Assembly (NCBI GenBank): GCA_041690355.1
Contig: JAWLHK010000001.1
Location: forward strand, 186,001-250,000
Direction of reading: 5' to 3'
DNA length: 64,000 nucleotides
Origin: a bacterium
GTDB taxonomy: Bacteria > J088 > JAWLBW01
Both the position numbers and the translations under genes were made by a program. The notes under the pieces were generated by a model. It worked only from the letters and a program-made list of their open reading frames with translations. It had not been told where the DNA came from and ran no database searches. This document shows positions 9,332 through 19,538 of this stretch, one piece after another. The number at the start of each line of letters is the position of its first letter. The stretch's first letter is position 1.

Positions 9332-12300
9332 TCACGGACAGACCTTCTGGTCGGCCCGGGCAATGCGCCGGTACTGCTTGTCTTCGAAGTCGACCCGCGT
9401 CGGGATCTCCTTGTCAGAGCCCCAGTAGAATCGGTAGCGGCCGTCGAACATCTGATCGCCGTTACCCTTGTAGCGGTAGTTGTTGACCCAATACGGCTCG
9501 TAACGGTACTCGACGCCGTCCCACCAGCGATCCTGCGACCAATCGGAGCGGTACTGGTAGCTGCCGCGCTGATTATAATCGTAGACGTCGTTGGGGAAAC
9601 CGTTGTAACGGTACTGGTTGCCGTAGAAGTAGCCGAGATAATAGTAGTTATCCCACTGAATCTGCTGCTGGCCCGCGTATTCGTCGCCATCGGTATCTCC
9701 GGCGAAACCGGCCCACACGAGATCGGCGCCGGGTCCGCTGTAGGAGGAGATCTGGGCGGGCACGCGACGGGTGCAGAACGCGCAATTCCACATGGCGAAA
9801 TCGCTCAGGGAATAGTACTCGCGGCCGGTAACTTCACCGTTCGCCACATCGTAGCCTTCGAGCCCGAGTTCGATGTAGGTGTACACGTTCGCCTGGTAGC
9901 CACCGTTCCACTCGACGAGCTTGCCCCCCATGGGAATGTCGTCGTTCGTGCCGTACGCCTGGTCCGGGCCCGGATCCATGATGGAGTAGCCGGTCTGGAG
10001 GCCGCTTACGTCGTAGTGCAGCGCGTAGTAGCTGCTGATCTCGTCGTCACCGGTGCCGAAGAATCCGTCGTCCCCGGCGCCGGAGTATACGATCACCGCC
10101 GTCGCGTTGTAGGGATAGAACGGGAACCCGTCGGCTTCGACCTCGTCGAGGCGCAGAATCGTCACATACGTGGTCGCGGGCCCGTAGAGCACGCGCACGA
10201 TCGAGGTCTGCACGTCGTCCTGCGTGTCCCACCAGGTATCCTGGCCCGGGTCGGTCTTGACATCGATCTGCCGCGAACCGGTCGGGCAGTAGGGCGCGAC
10301 GACCGTGACGAACGCCGATGCGTAGATCGACGGGTCTTCAACGCTGACGGCACGCACTTCATACGTTCCCTCGGTCGAGGGCGACGTGTACAGCCCGCTG
10401 CCGTCAATCAAGCCGGCGTCGGGACCAACTACTTCCCAGGTGTAAGCGGTGTAGATCGTGCCCGTGATCTCGGCGGAGAACTGGTAGGTGCTGCTGGTGA
10501 ACATCGTCGTCTGCGTCGGGTAGACCGAGACGTAGATGGTCGGGGCCACGACGGTCACGGTGCTGTAGGCCGTCACATCGTTGTCGTAGTCGGCGACGAG
10601 AACGACGAAGTACGTACCCGGCGTGACCGGAGCGTTATAGTTGCCGTTAAGGTCGATCGTGCCCGAGTCGGGTACCGGCAACGACCAGGTAAACGTATCG
10701 TAGGCCGTACCGGTAATCATGCCGGCAAAGGTGAAGCCCTGCCCCTTCTCGAGGGTGACTGCTTCCGGAACGACCGACGGATAGAGGATCGGATCGCGAA
10801 CCTCAACAGTGGCCGCCTCCGAAACGTCGCTGTTGTAATCGCTGACAACGTAGACGGAATAGAGGCCGTTCGAGGTCGGCGGATAGTAGAGCCCGCCCAA
10901 CGTGATGTAGCCGTCGCTGACTTCATAGTGCCAGCTGCCATACAGCGTGCTGCCCGTCAGGTCGCCCGAGAAGAGCACGGCCATGCCCGGCTCGACGCTC
11001 GCGAAGCCCGGCGTAATGCTGGGATACAGCTTCGGACCATGCACGTTGATCGTGGCCACGGCCGTCTTGGTCGGGTCGAACGTGCTCGTCGCCACAACGT
11101 GGCAGACCGTTTCAATCATCGGCGCGGTGTAGATGCCGGTCGTGTTGTTGATGGCGCCGCAGCCGCTCGTCTCCTGCAGCGACAGCGTGTAACCGTTGTG
11201 AACGCTGGTAATCGAGGCGGTGATGAGCAGATTGCCGCCGATCTCAACGTCGGCCGACTCGGGGCTGATCGTGATATCGATAGTCGGGGCCACGACCGTC
11301 ACGGTCGCAACCGCGAATTTCGTAGCGTCGCTGCGGTTCTCGGCCACGACATGATAGATGCCGTTCGCCATGGGCGCGGTGTACTTTCCGTTGCCCCCGA
11401 TGTTGCCGCCGCCAACCTCCTGCACGTACCAGTCGATCTGGCCGCCGCCTTCGACGGTGGCCGTGAACTGCACCGTGCCGCCCTGTTCGATGGTCGCGGT
11501 CAGCGGGGTCAGCGTGACGCCGCCGACAGGAACCACGACGGTTACCTCGGCCGTCGCAGACTTGGCGGGGTCGGCCTGGCTCGTCGCCTTGACGGTGAAA
11601 GTGCCCGGGGCAGACGGAGCCGTGTAAACGCCGCCGCTCGTGATCGTGCCGCCACCGGCCTCAACCACCGACCAGTTCACGGCGGTGTTGGTCGTGCCGT
11701 TGACGGTCGCCGTGAAGGTCGTCTGGGAGCCCGTGTCGACCTGGACGGCGACGGGGCTCACCGAAACCGAGATGCCGCTGCCGCCGCTCGTCGAGGGAGT
11801 GACCGTCACCGTTGCCGTGGCCGACTTGGCCGGGTCGGCGTTGCTCGTCGCCTTGACCTTGTACTTGCCGGTAATCCACGGCGCCGTGTAGACGCCCGCT
11901 GCGGTAATGGTGCCGCCGCCCGCCTCAACGACGCTCCAGGTCACGCTCTTGTCGCCGGCACCGGCGACCGTGGCCGTGAACGTTGCCGCCTTGCCGGCTT
12001 CAACCGAAGCGCTCGTGGGCGAGATCGAGATCGTCACGTCGAGTGGCACGTCTGCGCTGACCGTTACGGTTGCCCGGGCCGAAACCTCGGCGTCTGCAAC
12101 GCTGGTCGCGATGACGTGATAAATGCCCTCCGTGACCGGAGCCGTGTACAGCCCCAGTGCGTCGATCGTGCCGCCGTTGGCCTCTTCGACGCTCCAGACG
12201 ACACTCGCGTCCGTGCTATTGGAAACCTCGGCCGAGAAACGGGTGTCGCTGCCGGGCGCAACGGTCACGCTCTCCGGAGAAACGGAAACGATGACCTCGG

Positions 12301-12394
12301 CGCCCGACGTATCGCGGCGCGCTGCCGGTTCATCTTCACTGCAGGCGCTGGTCGCAAGCGCGGCGAACAGAAGAAACGCACCATAGGCACGCAT
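9332..12394 (-). CDS. Paralogous surface lipoprotein with about 8 Ig-like repeats and a Tyr-rich C-terminal head
   Basis: MRAYGAFLLFAALATSAC-SED signal/lipobox parallels MKSYAYLLLAAALGFAGC-SED of the paralog; same repeat unit. Confidence 0.85.
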   Translation of the reverse strand: MRAYGAFLLFAALATSACSEDEPAARRDTSGAEVIVSVSPESVTVAPGSDTRFSAEVSNSTDASVVWSVEEANGGTIDALGLYTAPVTEGIYHVIATSVADAEVSARATVTVSADVPLDVTISISPTSASVEAGKAATFTATVAGAGDKSVTWSVVEAGGGTITAAGVYTAPWITGKYKVKATSNADPAKSATATVTVTPSTSGGSGISVSVSPVAVQVDTGSQTTFTATVNGTTNTAVNWSVVEAGGGTITSGGVYTAPSAPGTFTVKATSQADPAKSATAEVTVVVPVGGVTLTPLTATIEQGGTVQFTATVEGGGQIDWYVQEVGGGNIGGNGKYTAPMANGIYHVVAENRSDATKFAVATVTVVAPTIDITISPESADVEIGGNLLITASITSVHNGYTLSLQETSGCGAINNTTGIYTAPMIETVCHVVATSTFDPTKTAVATINVHGPKLYPSITPGFASVEPGMAVLFSGDLTGSTLYGSWHYEVSDGYITLGGLYYPPTSNGLYSVYVVSDYNSDVSEAATVEVRDPILYPSVVPEAVTLEKGQGFTFAGMITGTAYDTFTWSLPVPDSGTIDLNGNYNAPVTPGTYFVVLVADYDNDVTAYSTVTVVAPTIYVSVYPTQTTMFTSSTYQFSAEITGTIYTAYTWEVVGPDAGLIDGSGLYTSPSTEGTYEVRAVSVEDPSIYASAFVTVVAPYCPTGSRQIDVKTDPGQDTWWDTQDDVQTSIVRVLYGPATTYVTILRLDEVEADGFPFYPYNATAVIVYSGAGDDGFFGTGDDEISSYYALHYDVSGLQTGYSIMDPGPDQAYGTNDDIPMGGKLVEWNGGYQANVYTYIELGLEGYDVANGEVTGREYYSLSDFAMWNCAFCTRRVPAQISSYSGPGADLVWAGFAGDTDGDEYAGQQQIQWDNYYYLGYFYGNQYRYNGFPNDVYDYNQRGSYQYRSDWSQDRWWDGVEYRYEPYWVNNYRYKGNGDQMFDGRYRFYWGSDKEIPTRVDFEDKQYRRIARADQKVCP

Positions 12395-12616
12395 GGGAAA
12401 CCTCAATCCAGGAAAAAGAGAAAGTCGTGGCCACGAAGAAAACACTCGACGACACTGCGAACAGATACCGGATCCGCGTTGGCTCGGGCCTTTCCAAGGC
12501 AAGCGCACATCCTATCGAAGCGTGACGCCCCGCGTCAAGCGACTTCTGCATCTCTGCCAGGGCCCCCATGTGTCCATGCCGAACCAGGGGGTCGGTCCGT
12601 CGCCGGTGACCTGCAC

Positions 12617-12633
12617 CGCAAGTCTCGTGCCCG
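12617..12633 (-). promoter_or_regulatory. Candidate sigma54 -24/-12 promoter
   Basis: Minus strand GGCACGAGACTTGC (GG-N10-GC, matches GGCACG-N4-TTGC) about 220 bp upstream of the Ig-repeat gene. Confidence 0.55.
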
Positions 12634-12773
12634 GCCAGGACAAGCGTCCGCGTCCTTGCACGGAGTGTCTCAAAACGCACAGCAAGGAAAAGGCGAATCG
12701 AATCGGAATGAAACACAGCGACACCGCTGCGCCACTTGGATTCGACGCAACCTTGGGGTAGACTGCTGTTCCC

Positions 12774-14831
12774 ATGCGCTCGGTACTGCTTTTCGTATTG
12801 CTTTCCCTCGCGGCCGCCCCGGCAGCCGCCGCCCCGGTGATCCTCGATGACCGGGCGCAGCCCGTGTCGGGGTCCGGCCGGGTCGCCGTTCTGCTCGATC
12901 CGACCGGGGAACTTACGATCGACGACGTCACCGCTCGCCCGGCCGATTTCGTGGAACACCCGGAGCCGCGCGCCCGCCTTGGATACGTGAAGGGGGCCGC
13001 CTGGGTCCGGCTCGGTATCCGGAACGATTCGCCGCAGGAGCGCTGGGTTGTCGAGACGGGAACGGCGCTCTGGGACTCTGCCGAGATCTTCGTCCGCGAA
13101 GCGACCGGCTGGCAACGCTTTCTGGGCGGCGATCAGCAGCCGTTTGCACAGCGGGGCGCCCCCTACCGGGCGATCAACCTGCCGCTCTCCATTCGCCCCG
13201 GCGAACAGCGAGACGTCTACCTGCGTCTGGCGACGCCGGGGACCATTTTTCTCGATCTGCGCCTCTGGACGGTCGAGGGGCTGGCATTGCATGCGGCCGA
13301 CGAACTGAACGTCTTCGGGATCTTTTACGGCATCCTCTTCGCGCTCGCTCTGTACAACCTGTTTCTGTTCGGCGCGCTGCGCGACCGCAGCTATCTTTAC
13401 TATGTTCTGTATCTGGCGACCTACGCCGTCTTCTACTACGGGTGGGACGGCCTGGCCTTCGCCAACTTCTGGCCCGATTCACCGGAATTCTACAACCAGA
13501 GCATCCAGTTCTTCTCGGGGCTGGCAGCGCTTTTTGCCTTGCTGTTCACCCGGCGGTTTTTAAGTACGCCCGCATTCCACCGGCGTCTCGACAGGATGAT
13601 CGTCTTCTGTATCGGCCTTGCCGCTTTTCAGGTGGCGCTGGTGTTTCTGCACCGCGGATGGTCCATCCGGCTGAACATCCTGGTCGGCATCGTCATGAGC
13701 GTGCTCATCATCGCCGCCGGGCTGCTTGCCTGGCGCCGTGGCTTCAGCCCTGCCCGCTACTTCCTGCTGGCGTGGACGGCGCTTGCGCTCGGCAATCTGT
13801 TTGTCGATCTCAAGGAGTGGGGCGTGCTCCCCTCCATGTTCCTGACCGATTACGGCCTGCGCATCGGCGGCGCCGTCGAAGCGCTGCTGCTCTCCCTTGC
13901 GCTCGCCGACCGCATTAACGTCATCCGCAAGGAAAAGGAACACGCCCAGGCCGAGGCTCTCGCCACCGAGCACCGTGCCTTGGAGAATGAACAGGCGATG
14001 GCCCGCTCCTTCGCCCGCTTCGTTCCCCTCGAATTTCTCCAGCAGCTCGAAATCGGCTCCATCATCGACGTGCGCCTCGGCGACCAGGTGCAGCGCGAAA
14101 TGACGATCCTCTTTTCCGATATCCGTGATTTCACACAGCTGTCGGAGCAGATGACCCCGAAGGAAAACTTCGACTTCATCAACGGATATCTTGCGCACGT
14201 CGGCCCGGTCGTGCGCGAACACGGCGGCTTCATCGACAAGTACATCGGCGACGCCGTCATGGCGCTGTTCGCCTCCCCCGACGACGCACTCGAAGCGGCC
14301 GTCGGCATGGTGCGCGCGCGCGAACGGTTCAATGCCGAACAGGCGGCGCGCGGCACGCCCCCCGTACGCATCGGCATCGGTCTGCACACGGGTTCGCTGA
14401 TGCTCGGCGTCGTGGGCGAGTCGGAGCGCATGGAGGGCACCGTCATCGCCGACGCCGTCAACGCCGCCTCGCGCCTCGAAGGGCTCACCAAGAGCTTCGG
14501 CGCCACGCTCCTGATCAGCGAGGAACTCTACCGTCTCCTGCGCCATCCGGATCGATACGGGGTGCGTTACCTGGGCTGGGCCGAAGTGAAGGGAAAAGCC
14601 CGGGGGATGAGCGTCTTCGAGGTGCTCGACGCCGAACCGCCCGAGGAGCGGGCCGCCAAGCTGGCCGGCCGCGAGCGCTTCGAAACCGCCGTGGCGCATT
14701 TCTTTGCCGAGGAGTATGCCACCGCCGCGGCGCTCTTCGGCGAGGTCCTGGCCGAGAATTCCCGCGACGCCGCCGCCGCCCGGTTTCTGGAACGCTGCCC
14801 CCCCCTTCCCCCAAGCGCCGCTTCGATCTAA
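12774..14831 (+). CDS. 7TM-DISM receptor class III adenylate/guanylate cyclase
   Basis: Signal peptide, DISMED2-like ectodomain, GILFALALYNLFLF..LRDRSYLYY 7TM region, FSDIRDFT, DKYIGDAVMA, DAVNAASRLEGLTK. Confidence 0.92.
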   Translation: MRSVLLFVLLSLAAAPAAAAPVILDDRAQPVSGSGRVAVLLDPTGELTIDDVTARPADFVEHPEPRARLGYVKGAAWVRLGIRNDSPQERWVVETGTALWDSAEIFVREATGWQRFLGGDQQPFAQRGAPYRAINLPLSIRPGEQRDVYLRLATPGTIFLDLRLWTVEGLALHAADELNVFGIFYGILFALALYNLFLFGALRDRSYLYYVLYLATYAVFYYGWDGLAFANFWPDSPEFYNQSIQFFSGLAALFALLFTRRFLSTPAFHRRLDRMIVFCIGLAAFQVALVFLHRGWSIRLNILVGIVMSVLIIAAGLLAWRRGFSPARYFLLAWTALALGNLFVDLKEWGVLPSMFLTDYGLRIGGAVEALLLSLALADRINVIRKEKEHAQAEALATEHRALENEQAMARSFARFVPLEFLQQLEIGSIIDVRLGDQVQREMTILFSDIRDFTQLSEQMTPKENFDFINGYLAHVGPVVREHGGFIDKYIGDAVMALFASPDDALEAAVGMVRARERFNAEQAARGTPPVRIGIGLHTGSLMLGVVGESERMEGTVIADAVNAASRLEGLTKSFGATLLISEELYRLLRHPDRYGVRYLGWAEVKGKARGMSVFEVLDAEPPEERAAKLAGRERFETAVAHFFAEEYATAAALFGEVLAENSRDAAAARFLERCPPLPPSAASI

Positions 14832-14921
14832 GGTGGTCCCCTGAGACCCTGCTGGCTGCGGGTGTCGGCGCCTTCGAGGCCGCCGGCAGGATTCCCCGTG
14901 CCACAAACCCATGAGGACCGC

Positions 14922-17072
14922 ATGCACCCTGACTCTGTGGTATTCCCGGGATCGCGCGTCGCGCCGCCTTGGCTGAACGGCCTCCTGTACCGGTGGCCGC
15001 TGCCTGTCCTGCTCCTTCTCGCGTCCTGCGCGCCCGATCTCGATCTGGACACGGCCGACACCGAGACCCAGCGACCGATCGCCCTCTTCGATCTGCAGGA
15101 GCAGCAGAAGCTCCCCTGGCCCAACGTCGTGGCACAGACGCGGCGCACAGATACCGGCGAGCTCATCATCGGACCGCTCAACCTGCCCAATCCACAGAAC
15201 GATCCGCTCCTCGCGCAGGTCAATCAACTCACGGGTTTCACCCAGCTGCCGGTCATCACCGTCGACTTCAGCCGGCCGATTTCCGAAGCGAGTATTCTCC
15301 CCGGCGTCAACCTGAACGTCGCCGGCGTCAACCCGGCGAACGACCAGGACGTCGACGTTCTGGGCGAAGACATGGACATCGACTTTGACGAAGACCTGCT
15401 GAAACTGCGCATCTACCCCCGCCGCCCGCTGCGCCCGTCGTTTCAGTACGTCGTGCTGCTGACCAAATCGATCCGCGGCGAAGCCGACCGGCGCATCCAG
15501 GAAGACCTCTTCTTCCGCTTCACCAAGTACACGCAACCGCTCTTCGATCCTGAGACCAATCGGGTTCTGAGCGACCTTCTGCTCGCGCAGGACGTCGGCC
15601 CTGAAGAGGCGGCCCAGCTCGAACAGCTGCGCAGCATCTACCAGCGCAGCATCTACGGAAACCCGCTGATTCTGCAGGCCGTGCGGGCCGATCTGGCGCG
15701 CGATACCGGCCGGCCGGCCACCGGCTTCACCGAGGCCCAGGTGATCGACCATGTCGCCGTGGCCTCGGCCTTCGTGACCGCGACCTATCCGGGCGGCGAC
15801 CCGACGGCAGAGCTCGATACGGCCGTCGCCGACGTGCTCGCCAGCGGTTCGGCCGGCGGTTTCTTCCCGGGCGTAACTTTTCCGGCAGAACCGTTCTTCG
15901 CCGCCAACGCCCCGAATGTGCCGCGTGACAATCTGGCCTTTGTCGCCTTCGGCGTCATCACCTCACTCGACTACCGGGGTGAAGACGGCGCCTGGGCCAC
16001 GCCGGTCACGTCGACCATGGGCAGTCCCGTGACGGTTCCGGTCGTGGTGACCTACCCGCGGGCCATCACCGCGGGTCCCGTGCCCGTCGTCATCTTCCAG
16101 CACGGGTTGGGCAGCTGCAAGACACAGGCCATCTTTGCCGTAGCCGACAGCTTCGCACAGGCCGGCTTCGCAGTGGTCGGCCTTGATATCGTCGAGCATG
16201 GCGATCGTACACGCACCAACGCAGACACGAGCAACGACAACGAGGAGCCGGGCGCCTGCGACCAGATCATCGATGGCGCGCTGGTGCGCACCGGCGAAGG
16301 GTTCGTGCGCGTCGATAACCTTTCGGTTACCCGGGATGCCCTGCGGCAGACCGTCGTCGACCAGACGGCGCTCGCCAAGGCCTTGCGGGCAGGCGCCTTC
16401 AACGCCGTCCGCGGCGGCGGCGACTTCGCGCCCGGGAGCGAAACCTTCGCCGCCCTCAGCCTCGGCGGCATCGTCGGTTCCATGTTCCTCGCCGAACAGG
16501 ACATCGTGAACGTGGGGGTCGTGAACGCAACCGGCGTCTGGCTCTCGCGGCTGTTTCTCGAATCGCCGGCCATCGGGCCCCCGGTGCTTGAGGGGATCGC
16601 GCAGTCTGCAGGGGCCGGCCCGGTTACGGGCGAGACCTTCCAGGACTTTCTGACGAAACTGGTGCCGCTCGTGCAGGGGCTCATCGACCCGGCCGAACCG
16701 GCGTACTACCTGGAATCGGCGCTCAACGGCAACAACATCTCGGCCGCCAACTCGATTCTGCTCCAGCAGCCGCTGGGCGATCCGGTCATTCCGGCCTTCG
16801 CCACCGAGACGATGGCGCGCCTGGCCCAGCTCGAGCTGGTGACCCCGGACACCCCCGTCGACCAGCTGACCCGGGCATTTCCGTTCCCGGCCTGGACGCA
16901 GTTCGACGTCGCCGGCCACAGCGTACTGCTGACACCCGATAACCCGGCGACCGAAGATCCGGATACGGAGTTCCTGCCGGTCACGGCCGCCATGCGTCAA
17001 CAGATGCTCAACTACCTCGGCAGCTACCTGCTGAGTAACGGAACGGCTCTTCAGGTCATCTTTCCGCAATGA
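14922..17072 (+). CDS. Lipoprotein lipase/phospholipase, Pla-1/VolA-like alpha/beta hydrolase (start uncertain)
   Basis: Lipobox LASC, LTGF near N-terminus, PVVIFQHG, EHGDR, RDALRQ, LSLGGIVG nucleophile elbow, GDPVIP, GHS. Confidence 0.75.
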   Translation: MHPDSVVFPGSRVAPPWLNGLLYRWPLPVLLLLASCAPDLDLDTADTETQRPIALFDLQEQQKLPWPNVVAQTRRTDTGELIIGPLNLPNPQNDPLLAQVNQLTGFTQLPVITVDFSRPISEASILPGVNLNVAGVNPANDQDVDVLGEDMDIDFDEDLLKLRIYPRRPLRPSFQYVVLLTKSIRGEADRRIQEDLFFRFTKYTQPLFDPETNRVLSDLLLAQDVGPEEAAQLEQLRSIYQRSIYGNPLILQAVRADLARDTGRPATGFTEAQVIDHVAVASAFVTATYPGGDPTAELDTAVADVLASGSAGGFFPGVTFPAEPFFAANAPNVPRDNLAFVAFGVITSLDYRGEDGAWATPVTSTMGSPVTVPVVVTYPRAITAGPVPVVIFQHGLGSCKTQAIFAVADSFAQAGFAVVGLDIVEHGDRTRTNADTSNDNEEPGACDQIIDGALVRTGEGFVRVDNLSVTRDALRQTVVDQTALAKALRAGAFNAVRGGGDFAPGSETFAALSLGGIVGSMFLAEQDIVNVGVVNATGVWLSRLFLESPAIGPPVLEGIAQSAGAGPVTGETFQDFLTKLVPLVQGLIDPAEPAYYLESALNGNNISAANSILLQQPLGDPVIPAFATETMARLAQLELVTPDTPVDQLTRAFPFPAWTQFDVAGHSVLLTPDNPATEDPDTEFLPVTAAMRQQMLNYLGSYLLSNGTALQVIFPQ

Positions 17073-18364
17073 GGCTCGCCATGCACAAACTTACCCGTAT
17101 ATTGGCGTTCGTGAGCGTGGCCGGCTTCGCCGCAGAAGCGCACGCCACCGCCACCAAGAACACCGAAAACTCGGCCACGGGGGTCGGCATGGCCGACGCT
17201 CAGGTCGCCATCGTCGACGATCCCGGCGCGGTCTACTACAACCCGGCTGCCATGGCCCGGCTCGAGGACTCAGCCCTCATGCTGGGCGTAACGCCGCTCA
17301 TACTCGACGGCAGCTTCACGGCCGACCAGAACCTTCCGCAGGGATCTCCACGCACGGAGCTTCGTGCAGGGGAAACCGTAGACCAGACCCTCCCGGTCGC
17401 TCCGATTCCGCACCTGTACGGGGTCGCCCGTCTTCCGAGAGCCAATCTGGCTGTCGGGCTCGGGGTCTTTGCGCCCTTCGCGACGGGCTCTCAGTTTCCC
17501 GAAGACTGGGCCGGACGGGCGCAGGGCCACCATCTCCAGGTGCTCGCCCTGGCCGTCAACCCGAACATCGCCTGGGCCATCACGCCGAAGCTGAGTGTGG
17601 CGGCCGGCTTCTCGCTGGTTCAGAGTTCCCTGGAAATCGAAGAGGCGCTCCGGCCGAACTTCGGCAATCCGGCCGAAGACATCGGCATCCACATCGCCGC
17701 CGACGGCATGGGTTATCAGGGAAATGCGGCCGTGCATTGGCAGCCCACCGACATGCTCGCCCTGGGGGTGAGCTACCGCACCGCAATCAAGGTCGACATG
17801 GAAGGAGAAATCGACTTCCAGACTCCAAACCCCGTGTACGCGCCCGCCTTTCCCGATCAGGAGATCGAGACGACGTTCCGCTTTCCCGACACCCTCAACG
17901 CGGGCGTGGGACTTTTTCCGGCCGACCGCTGGAAGATCGACGCCGAAGTGGAGTTCAACCGGTACAACGTGAACCAGGAATTACGCATCGACCTTCCGCT
18001 CGACCGCCCCTCGCCCGAAATCGTCTCGGCAAACGACTGGGAAAACACGGTGAGCTACCGCCTCGGCGCCGAGTACAAAGGGAGCCGGCTGTGGGACTTT
18101 CGCGCGGGTGTCGCCTGGGACCCGACCCCGATCCCGATCGAACGCATGAGCCCGCTCGATCCGGATTCCGATCGATTCGTCACCGCGATCGGCGCCTCGT
18201 ATCACTGGAAGCGCAACGAATTCGCGCTCGGCCTCCAGTGGCAGGCCTTCACGAACCGCACCGTGGGCGCCGAAGAGATTGCAGCCGGCGCCGCCGACCT
18301 CCCCGGTACGTACAAATCCGATCTCTACGTCGCGAGTCTGAGCTGGATCTACGCGTTCAAATAG
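17069..18364 (+). CDS. OmpP1/FadL-family outer-membrane long-chain fatty acid transporter
   Basis: GMADA, AVYYNPAAM, GVFAPF, VNPNIAW, PDSDR, C-terminal YAF. Confidence 0.9.
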   Translation: MRLAMHKLTRILAFVSVAGFAAEAHATATKNTENSATGVGMADAQVAIVDDPGAVYYNPAAMARLEDSALMLGVTPLILDGSFTADQNLPQGSPRTELRAGETVDQTLPVAPIPHLYGVARLPRANLAVGLGVFAPFATGSQFPEDWAGRAQGHHLQVLALAVNPNIAWAITPKLSVAAGFSLVQSSLEIEEALRPNFGNPAEDIGIHIAADGMGYQGNAAVHWQPTDMLALGVSYRTAIKVDMEGEIDFQTPNPVYAPAFPDQEIETTFRFPDTLNAGVGLFPADRWKIDAEVEFNRYNVNQELRIDLPLDRPSPEIVSANDWENTVSYRLGAEYKGSRLWDFRAGVAWDPTPIPIERMSPLDPDSDRFVTAIGASYHWKRNEFALGLQWQAFTNRTVGAEEIAAGAADLPGTYKSDLYVASLSWIYAFK

Positions 18365-18390
18365 AACGCATGAAACCCTGGTCCTCGAAG

Positions 18391-18422
18391 CGAGCGGTCT
18401 CCATCAGGAGGCCGCTCGTTTT
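18391..18422 (+). terminator. Intrinsic terminator after the fadL-like gene
   Basis: CGAGCGGTCTCC-atca-GGAGGCCGCTCG-TTTT. Confidence 0.7.
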
Positions 18423-18444
18423 CCTTGCGTGGGGGAACAGATTG

Positions 18445-19425
18445 CTACGGTTTCATCACGAGCGACCCGGTGGTCCGGCGTGACTCGAGCGCGCGGTGGA
18501 CCGCGGCCGCTTCGGTGAGGGGCCACTCACCGCCGAGCTGCGCGCGTACGGCCTCCTTCGCAATGACCTCGAAGAGCGCTCGGGCGCTTTCGAGAAGCTC
18601 GTCGCGGGTGCTCGTGTAATCGGCGATCCCCGGCCGGGTCAGGTAGAGCGACCCATGTCCGGCGAGCGTCATGACGTCGACCGGCGGCGCCTTGCCCGAG
18701 GCATTGCCGAAGGACACCAGCATCCCGCGGCGCGCGAGGCACTGCAGAGATCCCTCGAAGGTATCCTTGCCCACGGCATCGTAGACCACGGGAACACCCT
18801 TGCCATCGGTCAGCTCGCGCACGCGATCCACGAAGTTCTCCCGCGTGTACACGATGGTGTGCGTGCAGCCGTTTTCCCGGGCCAGGTCCGCCTTCTCGTC
18901 GCTCCCCACCGTGCCGATGACGGTCACGCCCAGGTGCCGCAGCCACTGGCACGCGAGCAACCCGACGCCGCCGGCGGCCGCATGCCAGAGCACCGTCATG
19001 CCGGGCTGCACCGGAAACGTGCGCCGGATCAGATACTCCACGGTCATCCCCTGAAGCATCGTGGCGGCGGCCGTCCGGAAATCGATCGCATCGGGAAGTG
19101 GAACGAGCTTTACGGCGCCCATGATCCGCCGTTCCGCATACGCGCCCGGCGGGCCGCTGATGGAACCGACGCGGTCGCCGGGTTTCACCTCGGTGACTCC
19201 CGCGCCGACGGCCTCGACCACGCCGGCCGCCTCCATGCCGATGCCGTGCGGCAGCGATGGCAGCTTATAGAGGCCCGAGCGGTGATAGGTATCGATGTAG
19301 TTGACGCCGATGTATTCATGGCGCACGAGCGCCTCGCCTGGCCCGGGCGCGACGAGCTCGATCTCGTCGCGTTGAAGAACTTCGGGACCGCCGGTCCTGT
19401 GAATGCGCATGGCGTAGGTCAGCAT
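18445..19425 (-). CDS. qor: NADPH:quinone oxidoreductase (zeta-crystallin type)
   Basis: [43 protein letters not shown]. Confidence 0.92.
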   Translation of the reverse strand: MLTYAMRIHRTGGPEVLQRDEIELVAPGPGEALVRHEYIGVNYIDTYHRSGLYKLPSLPHGIGMEAAGVVEAVGAGVTEVKPGDRVGSISGPPGAYAERRIMGAVKLVPLPDAIDFRTAAATMLQGMTVEYLIRRTFPVQPGMTVLWHAAAGGVGLLACQWLRHLGVTVIGTVGSDEKADLARENGCTHTIVYTRENFVDRVRELTDGKGVPVVYDAVGKDTFEGSLQCLARRGMLVSFGNASGKAPPVDVMTLAGHGSLYLTRPGIADYTSTRDELLESARALFEVIAKEAVRAQLGGEWPLTEAAAVHRALESRRTTGSLVMKP

Positions 19426-19459
19426 GGGGACAGTGTAGCATGCGGGCGCTTCGCGAATG

Positions 19460-19487
19460 CCCGACGTCCGATGCCCAATCCCCAATG
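19460..19487. repeat. Degenerate 7-bp tandem repeat (CCCAATC-like) x4
   Basis: cccgacg tccgatg cccaatc cccaatg. Confidence 0.5.
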
Positions 19488-19538
19488 CGCAGGGAAAGGA
19501 CGCGGGTCTTGCGCTCCGGATCCCGCGCCGAAGTTACA

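Noticed and set aside
6727-12394. RHS/YD polymorphic toxins or a DGR
   Set aside because: A few YD-like turns occur, but there is no RHS core motif, immunity gene, reverse transcriptase or template repeat in the window.
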